Assembly: GCA_965235115.1 (NCBI GenBank) | Contig: OZ249436.1 | Location: forward strand, 29,514,001-29,578,000 | Length of the DNA: 64,000 nucleotides | From: Laetmonice hystrix | Taxonomy: Eukaryota | Direction of reading: 5' to 3' | Part shown: positions 51,951 to 64,000 of the stretch, in pieces | How positions within the stretch are numbered: position 1 is the first letter of the stretch | Layout of the letters: each line of letters opens with the position of its first letter | Program-made: the position numbers and the translations under genes | Notes under the pieces: generated by a model | The model's input: the letters and a program-made list of their open reading frames with translations, nothing else | Told to the model about the DNA's origin: nothing | The model's database searches: none

Positions 51951-53324
51951 CAGGCCTTCCAGCAGGCCCTGATGAAAAAGTAGGAGAAAAATAGGACCAC
52001 AATTTTGGAAAAAGTAGGAGAAAAGTAGGAATTGGGGATAAAAAGTAGGATAAAAGTAGAAGTTTTGCAGGCTTGCAGGAGTAGTTTTCGTCCTTTACCA
52101 ACGTTGATAGCATAATTTCTTCACCTGGGCTTGTTCTGTACTCACAGTACAGGCCCGTAGCCATTCTATCCAGAGGGGGGGGGGGGGGGGTTCGTTGGAG
52201 GGCCAAAGGGGGACCGACAGGAAGCCCGGCGTCGGGGGGCCAGAGGGAAATTGAACAGCGCAAACATACGCAGGGGTATCGGGGACCTCCCCCAGGAAAT
52301 TTTTGATTTTAGAAGGCAATCCCCCTGCTATTTTCTGGCATTTCGAGATATATATAAATTGTGAAGTTTCTCAAAGCATTTCGGCCTATACTATAGTTAG
52401 CAGGGGCGGATCCAGCTTTTTCAAGTAGGAGGGGGGTCCAACGTTTTTTAGGGGCGCCGAAGGCTCGAAGTCTGCGAGCGCCGACGGCGCGAATCCTTGC
52501 TAGGGGGGTCTAGGGGCATGCCCCCGGAAATTTTGAAATTCAAGGTGTAATTTGGTGAAATCTGATGCATTTTGGAGCACAAAATAAGCTATTCAATGAC
52601 CAGTGTCCGAATTCATGATTGGCAGGAAGGGCGCCATGAACGCGATTTCCTGGCATCTGGAGATAGAATTTCTGAAGTTCCTCAAAGAATTTAGAGATCT
52701 GAGCCTCGCTTACCAATAACATGGGGGGGGGGGTCTGGGGGGTCCTTCCCAGGACATTTTTAAATTTAGAAGGCATAAAAATGCTATTACTGGCATTGGG
52801 ATTTTAAACTTTGTCATAGGGGGGACCATGGGTCGGGGGGGGTGTTCGAACACCCCAAACACCCCCTGGCTACGGGCCTGACTGTCAGAGGGGACCAGGG
52901 GTCCAGGGGGGTGGTTCGTTCGAACACCCCGAACACCCCCTGGCTACGGGCCTGCAGTACTGGTGTTCCATCCTCAGAAAAGCATAGTTTTCGGCCCTGG
53001 TGAAGGTGTGGTGCAGCCGGTCTACATGCAGCTATGGACCTGCAGTAACTACTCACGACTCCTGCACATTATAGCCTTGCATTTACATGCTTTATATATT
53101 ATGTTAAATGTTTCAAAAGGATTCTACAAAGATGATTACATGCTAAAATTAGATAAGCTCTGCCTGACTATACTATAGTCAGCGGAGCTAAAAATTGAGA
53201 TGTATCACGAAAAAGTAGGAAAAAGTAGGAAAAAGAAGGAATTTCAAGAAAAAAGTAGGAAAAGTAGGAGCAAGGCCAAAAAAGTAGGAAAAAGTAGGAA
53301 AATATAGGACTGCTGGAAGGCCTG
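51951..53324. mobile_element. Non-autonomous hAT-like element with 6-bp TSD (hAT6-like)
   Basis: acacaa|caggccttccagcag ... ctgctggaaggcctg|acacaa; aaaagtagga subterminal repeats at both ends. Confidence 0.88.
52150..52954. mobile_element. Nested MITE with 5-bp TSD (hAT5-like) and duplicated 3' end
   Basis: cagta|caggcccgtagcca ... tggctacgggcctg|cagta; a second copy of the end finishes at 52880; a further caggggcggatccag head lies at 52401. Confidence 0.85.
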
Positions 53325-55221
53325 ACACAATCATTATATTTAAATTGAATAATCAAAAGGCAAGCTTCGTAATTTATTCCGCAGAACAAAACGGAATACC
53401 GCTCATTATGAATCTGAGTTTTTCATAGAATGGTTTCATATATTGACAGCGAATCTTTGCTTGCCTGACGAATTTCTTACAGGACCGAAAAACTGCCTTA
53501 CTCATTCGTTACCTGTGGAGGACAGAAATTCCACGAAGAATCTTTTTTGTCTTCTGCAGGCAGGTTTGAAGATATCATTCGGCGAATACCAATGCCCCTC
53601 CGAATATTGTGTATGATGGCTTATATAGAGGGATGAGGAGGCACGGCTATAACGTACGCTTGGAATGCGCCATAATAACGCGCCATATATAAAATAACGA
53701 ATTCAGAGATCAATGATACATAGTCACGCAATTGGACATAATTCCACATTGCCTCATTGCACTATTCCCACCGTGTATTGTCAGTTATTCTCTTTATTTC
53801 AACACTTTGTATTTGAACAAATGTACTAATGCCTTTTTACACGTATTGTTAAATTGCTAGTTCATTTTGACCACGTTTGTCCTTTTATTGAGTATAATAT
53901 AAATGGCGAAGTTGTGCACACGAGTGGGCGATCATTTCAACCGGCTAGTGCCAAGCACCGCATGACTGCAATATGCATGTGAGCATAGCTTCAATAACTT
54001 GGAGTAAATATATACCCGCATGATATTAATTAATTAAACCGTGAAGTAATATGTAATTGGTCCACGTAAACGACAGGCCACACTAATGGTTTCTCTAAAA
54101 CTATGCGACCGGAAGAAAGCGAAAAGGCATCTGTGGTATGCGACACCGTGATATCGTGTGGTGTCGAGACATGCTGAATGTAATGAACGTTAGCGTATAC
54201 TTAACCACTATTAAAAATGATGTACATGACTATAATGAAGGCCTGGACTTCTCATGAGTTGGACAAATATTTTAAAAATTGAAAAGCAGGCTTTCCGGAT
54301 TATTGTATACAGATACGAGCTGCTGTTTTTCGATAACGGTTTAATATAAATATTATTCTCCAAAATTTCTTCGAATAAGTCCCTCCCCTGTTCATATTAC
54401 AAACATTTAGGAATTTGAAACATGAAGAGTTGTTAGTGAATTCATTTCGGTCGATTTTTGTCACACATTTTATTGCCTTACAGTCTATATTCAAAAAGGA
54501 AAAGAAAAGACATAATTATGTTAAAAAGTGTCAAGGTTGTTGTTGAGATTGTAAAACGTTGATTCATAATGAAAACGGTAAGAACACGGATGTGAAAGCA
54601 CCGAGAATTAACAGTCATGCACTGTGTGCACGCTCAAATCTATCAAAGTCCGGTCAAAATAATCGATTCTACCACTACCAGTTTCCGACACGTTACACGG
54701 GCGTGATCTGTGAGCGATATAACGTCGTTTGTCATGACACAAGACCAACTCGCTACTCTTACGTCGGCCTAGCTGAACCTGCTGACATGACAGTCACCTG
54801 CCTTTGTGGATGCTCACCTCATTGCCTGCCATTTTGCCATTAATTAAGGCAGTTGGCCATCAAAAGGATGCAACCTATCAGCCCTCTGCCTCCTCTCCCA
54901 TCTCTATGGTAATGGAATGCTGATTGGATGAGACTTGGCCCCGGCCAGCTGTTGGGGGTGGGAGACCGGGTCAAAGTCAAGGTCGTGACTGGACAAGCCG
55001 AGGTTATCTGAGGTCATACCGACATGGCGCAAACTCCCCCGAGTCGTTCATTTTGCCCGCCCTCCGTCAAGTTTCGTGCTCGCAAGAAAAACGTACATAT
55101 CAGTGGTAGGAATTAGGATCCCACACAACTACGGGTATTATTGTATAGGTAAAGCCTTAATAAATTAAATGAGGGAGGGTATTTTGTGTATCAGTCAGCC
55201 ATTTGGTGTTAATACTTCCTA

Positions 55222-55434
55222 AAGTGCTGAACCCACCAAGGCGATTCCCCTTGCGACGGCCATGCGGTTTTTGATTTAATGGTGGAATTTCACTCTGAAA
55301 TTTTTCCTGGCTGGCCTTCTCCGTTTCAGGAAATGGGTTCCATCCTTTAATCTCAAAATTACAGTAAAATAAAAGGGTGATGTCAAAATCGCATGGGCGT
55401 CGCAAGGGGAATCGCCTTGGTGGGTTCAGCACTT
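55222..55434. mobile_element. MITE with about 50-bp TIR
   Basis: aagtgctgaacccaccaaggcgattccccttgcgacg ... cgtcgcaaggggaatcgccttggtgggttcagcactt; no clear TSD. Confidence 0.8.
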
Positions 55435-55686
55435 GGTTGTAACTTATATATTGATGAATGTAAATGATTTACCTATTATAACTGACATCAGCGAGATCTC
55501 CGTATATACAGCTTCATTTAAACATGGGGGGGGGGGAGAGATTTTCTGTCACAAAAAAGCACGATCCCCCCCACACACACACACACACCCACACACATTA
55601 GAATAAGGTTTACCTACAGCAGCATTGCAATATTGTTGATGCATACAGAGAGTGAAGACAACCGTACTTGCTTGCTGCAGATCTCT

Positions 55687-56288
55687 GCTTAACTTGAGAA
55701 CCCCTCTATTATTGGTTGCTTAACTTGAGAACCCCTCTATTATTGGTTGCTTAACTTGAGAACCTCTCTATTATTGGTTGATTAACCTCTATTATTGGTT
55801 GCTTAACTTGAGAACCCCTCTATTATTGGTTGCTTAACTTGAGGACCCCTCTATTATTGGTTGCTTAACTTGAGAACCCCTCTATTATTGGTTGCTTAAC
55901 TTGAGAACCCCGCTATTATTGGTTGCTTAACTTGAGAACCTCTCTATTATTGGTTGCTTAACTTGAGAACCCCGCTATTATTGGTTGCTTAACTTGAGAA
56001 CCTCTCTATTATTGGTTGCTTAACCTCTATTATTGGTTGCTTAACTTGAGAACCCCTCTAGTATTGGTTGGTTAACTTGAGAAGCCCTCTATTATTGGTT
56101 GCTTAACTTGAGAACCCCTCTATTATTGGTTGCTTAACTTGAGAACCCCTCTATTATTGGTTGCTTAACTTGAGAACCTCTCTATTATTGGTTGCTTAAC
56201 TTGAGAACCCCTCTATTATTGGTTGCTTAACTTGAGAACCTCTCTATTATTGGTTGCTTAACTTGAGAACCTCTCTATATATTATTGG
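55687..56288. repeat. Minisatellite, 31-bp unit (gcttaacttgagaacccctctattattggtt), about 20 copies
   Basis: Direct tandem repetition with two shortened units. Confidence 0.97.
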
Positions 56289-56900
56289 CTTGGGCCTAGA
56301 ATGCGGCCAAACCTTGTTTATCCGAACTTTATACTTACTGCCAATTAAGTTTGTGTTTGGATTGCGAAACATAGAGTTCCTGTAGCATTTTGTATAAAGA
56401 ATGGTAGACACACGAGTCCTGATTATTTCTGGCATATTCTAGGGAGACGATTTGGAGCGCAGATCATCATTCAGGAGCTCATTGCAAGAGCTAATTACAT
56501 AATTGGCACACTCTCCTTTACCCTGGATTCCTTCTCGCCGTCCTTCTTATTTGAAGTGGTCCGCTGGGGATATCGGCGAACCCGTTATTTCCACACAGCT
56601 GTTTCCTGTGTAATCTGACACTCACCAGAGCAGAGGGCTATCCTTTGGGAGTTAGACCAGTCGGAGGATAGGAATGAAGGAAAAATAAGCAGCGCTTCGA
56701 ACTGAACTCCCTTCCTGTACTTGATGAATACCATGCACAGAATGGAATCTTTGTCCGTTGGGGCTTCTGTAAATTTACCTGGACTCATCACAATTGGTCA
56801 GTTCCCGACACCCCCCCTCCCATAGGTCTGGAATATAGACCTTGATTAGGCCTAATCCTTCAGAAATGTTGTTGGTCAGTGGAGGTAAGTATTACATATA

Positions 56901-57358
56901 CAGGGTGAGTAAAAAAAACTAGACACTTTTTAAAAGGCCCATTGTTTTATTGTGTACCAATATATACAATATATTTTTGCTTGTACTTATGCAGCAACCC
57001 TTCCTGCATCTTTTGGTACCAGTCATGCTTGATTGGTTTTCATGCGTGACCGCACAGGAGACAATTAAGGGACAAGGGTGAAATCTGACCTGCGCCAACT
57101 GATCAGAGCTGGACATGAAATGGATAGCCAAGTAATTTTCATGCCCCTGGTTTAATAAGTTAATTCAAATCACATACACTTGCTCATAGGCCTCATTAGG
57201 CCTTCTTGACACTGCAGCAGTATGGTGCGTCCACAATACACTCCTCAGCAAAGACCCTTCTTTGATTTTTGTTCATACCCAGCTCTGGTCAGTTGGCGCA
57301 GGTCAGATTTCACCCTTGTCCCTTAATTGTCTCCTGTGCGGTTTTTTGACTCACTCTA
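56901..57358. mobile_element. Tc1/mariner-type MITE (TA TSD) with an internal 63-bp inverted repeat
   Basis: ta|cagggtgagt ... gactcactcta|ta; arms 57050-57112 and 57279-57341. Confidence 0.8.
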
Positions 57359-59448
57359 TAGTGCCATCGAGGAACATTCTTCTTCAGAAGTACATATATG
57401 GACGTTATTTTGCTTATTGAGAGACATGCCCTTAATGACCGTTCCGTCATAATTCTTTCTTGAAGATATTATTCACTCTAATTCTAATGTCTAGGCGTTG
57501 GTCTGACTGAGATCTATGCCCATCCTGTGCTGAGTCTCGGGTTCCGAACTAAAAGTGCCGTAGTCCCATAGCCATGCCTCTGCCCTGTCGATATGACATC
57601 GATCTGTGGCTGTTAGTAAGTTCTGTTACCATGGTAACAGTATGACCTTCCGTGACATTGGAATGACCTTGACTGCGACCCCTTGACCTTGCCATGACCA
57701 ATACCCTTGTAGTGTTCCAGCGGGTCACCCTGTCTTCGTCCCTCTGGAAATAATTGAACCAAGGAACAACGGTACAATTGGAGATCATGAACTAGGGATT
57801 AGTTGGCAAACCTTTGATGTCCTCCTTCTTCTATTTCTTCATGTATTATCTCAATACTACTGTTTATTTAAATGTGATGGTGATATATCTACCCATACCC
57901 ATAATACTCTTATTAAAAGTATAAAATGTTCAATTAGTGAGAGCTGAAATGTATGGAACGCCCATGCGGCATGGGTTCAAAAGAAATAATAATACAATAG
58001 GCCTATCTACAGATTATATAATTTTATATTTCTCCACAGAGCCTTACGTTTCTCCAAAACAATCTGAAGAGTTACTGGATTTGGTCAAGTGTTAAAGTGT
58101 GTGGCGAACCTACGATTTCGTCCAGTCGGGGTAGAGTCACACAAATTCATCGCTGAGGATCAAATGAACGCAAGAAGTTTTGTTTTCTTATATTATGTGT
58201 TCTCTAAATTGCCATGAGCTCGCTTGTCAGACGGCATCTTTGAAGTAGCTGAATCAATCATATGAAGGGAGGCTCGCGCGTAACCTTGGTTAACTCGACA
58301 AGGCACGACTGTGAGCAGTGCCGCAAAATTGCGGAGCTTCCAATGCAAAACTGTCCAATAAGACCATTCCATTTGTTGTGATTGAGAACGCCTGTCGTGT
58401 CTGATCTCCATGATTGCATTCTCTGAAGGCAGCCACTTTTAATTTGTCGAGTGTTTTATGGTTGGCGTGAAACCACAGTGACGCGCCTTTGTTTTATGCC
58501 GTTGGGGGCTGAAGTGGCTTAATGTTGCAAATTACTCAATCACCTTATATGTATTCATGACCGTCTGTCTTCGTACTTTCATTGACACTACTACAGATCC
58601 GGGATGAACATCCATTTAAAATATGAGATGTATACGTTCTGTTCTCCCTATCTGGTAGATCGATTTCATCAGTTGCGTTCTGCTAGTTTTATAGAACTCT
58701 TTATTGTTATGTGAGTTTTCATGAGGACAATTTCAGAGAGACATTTCACATTAACATCAGGTTTATTGTTATGATTTATCCAAATCAGATCGTTTTAAGG
58801 GTATGGACTCCCTGTTTGTTCCCCCTAAAATTATTCGACGTGATTCGATTCGGTGCTCCGCAATAATATCTGTAAGTTATTGAGCGGTAGATATTGCTGG
58901 TGCCATCATGATGCTCCTCAGTTGAAGTTTTTCCCGCTGACCGCCGGCCGTCATGTAGGTTCTGTAGTCGGGCCGGACCGAAGCCAATCCCTCCCGGCCG
59001 ACGATAATGCAAGGCCTTCTGCCCTCAGCAACATTGTTCAGCCTGGAGCCCTCCGTGTGGGAATATCCATCGAGCAAGCACAGTCCCGATAACACTGTTG
59101 CTGACAGCTCAAAAAGCACAGTTTTCTCCGGCCTCAGAATCAATAAGTCTTTATTGCATTCTCATGTGGCTTATCCCCTATGGATTTGGAAAGGGGGGCA
59201 CAGGAACCTTGGGCAGCAGGAGCGGAGGGGGGGGGGGTCTATAGGTTTGGAGGGTGCATGGGGCCGGGATGTGGGGAATGTAGGGGTATGTAGTTCCCCA
59301 GGGGTTGCATCATCAAACTAATGTACCCTACATCATCACCTAGCAACAACGAGTCCTCCCTGTAGCTGTATTTTTCTTTTGAAATGCACGGGCATCAGGG
59401 GTAACCCAATTACTTTGACAATGTCCCCAAAGAGAAAAGTTGTATAGT

Positions 59449-59540
59449 CCTCTACAGGAATCGAACCCAGGCCCTAAGATTACTGCACCCATTCGCATAG
59501 CATAAGATGTCGACATCCATGCCCACTAGGCCGTGTGAGT
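59449..59540 (-). pseudogene. tRNA-derived (SINE-like) head
   Basis: Minus strand shows A-box-like cggcctagtggg and B-box ggttcgattcc, with an overlong spacer. Confidence 0.45.
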
Positions 59541-59573
59541 CCCACATGCTATAGTCAACAGTATGATCTGACC

Positions 59574-59625
<52 letters not shown>

Positions 59626-61865
59626 TCTACAAACTCTATCCGGATGATTCTCTGATTAATGCACTAATCTCGTGTTAAAGAATCATAAGTGACGGGCACT
59701 GGGAAAGGTCAAATCTGGCAGGTCCGGATGAAACCGTAGAATGATATTGAGCAATCCATATTACTGGTGCATAGAGATGACACTTGGCCACCTCCAAGGG
59801 ATGGGCTCTCAGACCTCATCATACTGTGTCCCAGTTTGGCGATAGTCAAAGCCTTTGCCTGGGCGGAAAATGTCCCAAGCGAGTGTGTCATCCCTGATAT
59901 TTGCGACAAGAATCATTGCCCATTCGCCGACCTTTCACCCGACGAGCAGCGATATAGCTCCCGCTTTCAACTGATTGCCATATTTTCAGCCCTTCATGAA
60001 TAAATATCACTAAAAATCATATCTATATAGGAGTAAATTTACGACGGCGTACGCTGACCTGTGGACATTGGCCATTCATGGCACGACGGCAGCACCGATA
60101 AAATTCTTTCATTTAACCAACATGAAATATTTCCCGAAGGACCCACCGCTTTGGTCCGACGTTGACAGGCCAATAATATGCATTATCACATATGACATTT
60201 TCCAACCTCAATCTTTTGATCTCGGTCGTGGAAATGAATACTCGGCTCTCATGTGTAAGTCATTTTGTGCGTTATGGATCAGGGTTAGGTCCACGGAGGG
60301 AGATGGTCACTGAGCAACATTCCCGGCCTGGGAGGCGGGGGGGGGGGGGGCTGGTCAGAGACAGGGGATTGGGCAGACCGGGCAGACCGGGCAGACCGGG
60401 CAGACCGGGGGCCGAGAGGACTGACATACCTCCGTCAAAGGTAAATTCACACCATGAATTATTCAAGAGTTGAAAATCAGTCAGATCTTCGCTGGATTGA
60501 ATGAATACATTCCGATTGTTATTGTTTTTCCTCTTGCATGAACATGATATTCAAAATCGTCGACATTTTATTCATGCCCCCTTGCACAATCCGTGGTTGT
60601 CAATGAATACAACCGAAGATTTTCAGTGATATGATGAAAGGAGTCAATAAAAAGAAAAAACTATAGATTTATCAGAATAAATGTATCACGGTGTCATCAT
60701 TTGAACATTGTCTATAGGATGATATTATATATTTCGAATTAAAGGGAATAGAAAAGTTCCTCACTAACGTACCTTTGAACACCAGTAACACCATATTATA
60801 AAGTGTCTAAGGTCACACCGATAAGTGGAACACTGTCAACGGCGACTTTTTAAAAATACCGCCCGGGTCATTCGCTATTTCCCACGCGAGACAGCGGGAG
60901 CTATATCTATTAATAGATTGAGATAAGGGCCAAATAGGGTAACCAAACGGACGAAGCCAGCGGGAGAATGTCTCTACATTTCGGTTGATTATTCCTTTAT
61001 TAAAGATCAGATAATCACAGAATTGTAGGTAAGAACAAGCTTGTTCATGCTGAACACCCTTATATTGATAGTTTGAACTTTTCTATTCCCTTTAAGCGAT
61101 AGTTATAAACCACCTGCCCCTGCATGCCAAGAACAGAAAATATAAGACAATAGCAGGAATTTTCTGTTTCATATTGGTCTTCATAGAACTCTGTGTGTGC
61201 CAATGTAAATATAAAACAAGCCTTGCTGATGCCTCTGTCTGCAGTAACTGCTGAGTACAGAAATAACACGTTTGTCGTCGTGAATCTGGTGAAGCCGCGG
61301 AGATGACAGAGGAATCCGATGGTCAAACTCTATACGCGCCGATTGTTGAGGGCTGCCGGTTGTTCCCCCGTATTGTAGGCAGCCTCAAGACTTAGTGTGG
61401 ACGGTGGGCAGCCGGAGTCTGTGATCGTCAAATATAGAATGGACTCTGGTATAGTGTGGGGCACGGCCGCATGAGGGCGCTGCGCGGAGATCGGCCTTTA
61501 TTGATGCCATACATCAACGATTGCGGCTTTCCGCACGTGATCAATAAATACAGAGTAAGGACCATTTGTCGGCCGGGTTTACGGTGAGGGTTGGTTGGAT
61601 TGCCCATTCAGGGCCGGGGCAATTCTCGCCGGGTGATAATAAGAAATCGCTTTGTCCATAACAATATAGGATGTCGGTGCTGAAAACACGGATGGGTTGA
61701 ACGACTGTATAGCGGATCATAATCTGGTATGATTCTTTCTTATAGGCTACAGTCAGCATGTATAGGTCTGCCAGTCGTTACAAACAGACAATGTAGGCCT
61801 CTACGGCTTGTATTCGACTTACAACTTGACACATTGGGACATAAATGGATGGGAATCCTGCTTGT

Positions 61866-62003
61866 CACACACCCACACCCACACCCACACCCACACCCAC
61901 ACCCACACCCACACCCACACCCACACCCACACCCACACCCACACCCACACCCACACCCACACCCACACCCACACCCACACCCACACCCACACCCACACCC
62001 ACC
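61866..62003. repeat. (CACACC)n hexanucleotide microsatellite
   Basis: Direct reading; source of the poly-HP and poly-HT ORFs. Confidence 0.97.
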
Positions 62004-64000
62004 TTCAGCTGTTGACCAGCCAGACTTCAGTCCTACTTTGGCTCAATTTCTATGCGGGTATCATAACAACAACGGGTAAAGCTTAATTTGAACATATATT
62101 TTTAACCTTGACAACTTTTCCACTCTCATTAAACTAAAACTAAGCTTTACACCTGGGCTTCCTCCCCGGTAATACAATGTTTAGTGGTCACTCCACAGAA
62201 TACGCCAGAATAACAAAGGGCGGTACCGAGGAAGTCGGCCATATGTCAACGTGATCCTGAATCTGGTCTCAACATCCAGGGTCTTTGTTGCAAAGGGAAA
62301 CGCCGTCCTAATATACGGCCATGGGAGCATTGTTGAACGGACGTACGGACCGACGTACGGAACTACGACGGAAGACGACCATGTTTGTGACATCTGGTTT
62401 CTGCCCAATAAAAAACGGGAAATACCTGAAAGAACGCGTCATGCAATAGCACGAAAGGAAACCTTTTGAATTGGTTTTATGCAAACAACTGCTAGGTGTG
62501 TTCCTGTAGGTTGAAAACTTTATGTGTGGGGCTGTGATAATTTATGAAGGAAGCGCCCATCACCGACCACTGACACTCATGCAGGTTATAGCTTTGCGGC
62601 AGACGACAAATATACAGATCATTCACAGTGTTTGCGTTTCAAGTTTCTATAACAGTCATACTGTAGTTTCGTGCCAGGTCGCGAACTCTTGTGTCCAGTG
62701 ACAACGGATCTCACAGAAATAACGTGACCCCAGTGACGTGACGTGACGTGATCCGACGTTGTTGCGAGCGTCATCAATCAAACGGCGACAGAAGCCTGGT
62801 GAACGTTCTGAGCTTGGAATCAGACGTGAGATTCAGTACAGACCAGTCGCTCCATACAATCACACCACTGATGGCACACTAATCGTCACAGAAAAGCTAC
62901 GTCAGTCCGTTTGAAACACCCATGGGACAATCAATCATGATTTAGTGGATCTTTCTACTTTTTTCACAACTTTACTGTTTCTCTCACAAACATAACGCAG
63001 GTGTCTGTGAAAAAATGCCGATATAGGACCTATGTAAAGTTGCTGCAGAGGAGATCATTTGTGTAAGTGCTATAATTTTCGGTGGTTGATGTATATAGCG
63101 TACACCTCTTCGTAAAAACGGATTGCATTATCAATCATAGAGCGACAAGCAATCAATTCTTTGGGTGGATTTCTCCAATGGCTTCTCAGGAATTACACTC
63201 TGGGAACTCTCCGACAAAGTGACTTATTGTTGCATTAAAATGTCGGTTCCAGTAAATGGATGCTTCTTTTTATGTCTGATGTAATTAATGATGAGGCCTT
63301 CTTCCTATTAGAGGAGGCATAGCATTGAGAATTGGCAATTTGGTCGGCTGAAATCTTAATGCATCCTATAAAAATCTGAACAATAATGCTATACATAGTA
63401 TAGGAAGAAAACAGACATGTATTTTAATAATGAAAATTTGTAGCAACAAATTGTGATGGCACCATTATAAAGGGATACATAGACTAGGAATACATGTTTT
63501 TGAACTGGTATTATAATTACACCCCGATCTTTACATAGCTTTACGAAAAGGAAAAAAGAAGCACCAACCCATGTAATATATCACTGAATGATATGTATCG
63601 TTATGATATGTATTAATTTGTCACGGATGTTATAAACCAGCAAGATGCAATCGACGGTGTGGCAAGTATGTAATATATCATAATGGTACCCCGCAGGGAA
63701 TGCACAAGAGCATCTCAACTGACGATAGTCATATATCCACCCGTGTACCTCAATCCCAAGTTCAACATATGCTCCAGTAATTGTTTCCCTTCCGGTTTTA
63801 AACAAGCAAGTTTTCCCCAAAGAAAGTGCAGTCAAAACGGGCAACCTTTGATCGGATCGGACTCTGACCCTTTGACGATTATAGTGCATAGATCTGGGCC
63901 CTTGAAGCCATTATTAGACAGCCGAATCACTCTATACAAGTCGGGAACTGGCTACAAAACTACGGTCACGTTTACCTGGCATAGCGTAGCGCTGTGAAAC

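Larger units (their letters stand above)
50231..57743 (-). other. Candidate spliced exon chain of an unidentified transcript (57743-57630, 56827-56779, 53619-53513, 50268-50231)
   Basis: AG/GT boundaries and compatible phases give an open ~100-aa peptide ending ...FVEFLSSTEEEKHNTAEDEQ*. No recognisable domain, and alternative frames and strands are possible. Confidence 0.25.

Noticed and set aside
60272..60473. Collagen-like GLP/GRP repeats
   Set aside because: Only four copies of a 9-bp repeat next to a poly-G run; no exon support.
61729..62086. His-Pro and His-Thr repeat ORFs
   Set aside because: Translation of the (CACACC)n microsatellite.

Overview
Eukaryotic, repeat-dominated genomic DNA, most likely from an invertebrate animal; no prokaryotic features. 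One well-supported gene: a minus-strand ankyrin-repeat/SOCS-box (ASB-type) protein. The ORF track truncates it; I reconstruct three phase-compatible exons (20879-20831, 18713-18682, 18160-16679; about 520 aa). The rest is mostly mobile and tandem DNA. Main observations: (1) a 20.4-kb apparently non-coding foldback-type element (24675-45092) with GG...CC termini, a perfect 8-bp target duplication and kilobase inverted arrays of a 41-bp repeat, carrying a hierarchical telomere-like satellite and many nested elements; (2) three Helentron/DINE-like elements nested one inside another at the same internal site (9799-14857), carrying 146-bp CRE/E-box tandem repeats; (3) a 1644-bp-offset duplication of the ASB upstream region whose spacer matches sequence beyond the far end of the giant element; (4) many MITEs with readable 2- to 9-bp target duplications, including 33-bp and 43-bp mini-elements. 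Most ORF-track entries are translations of repeats. Coordinates were read by eye, and superfamily names come from terminus/TSD rules, not database searches.
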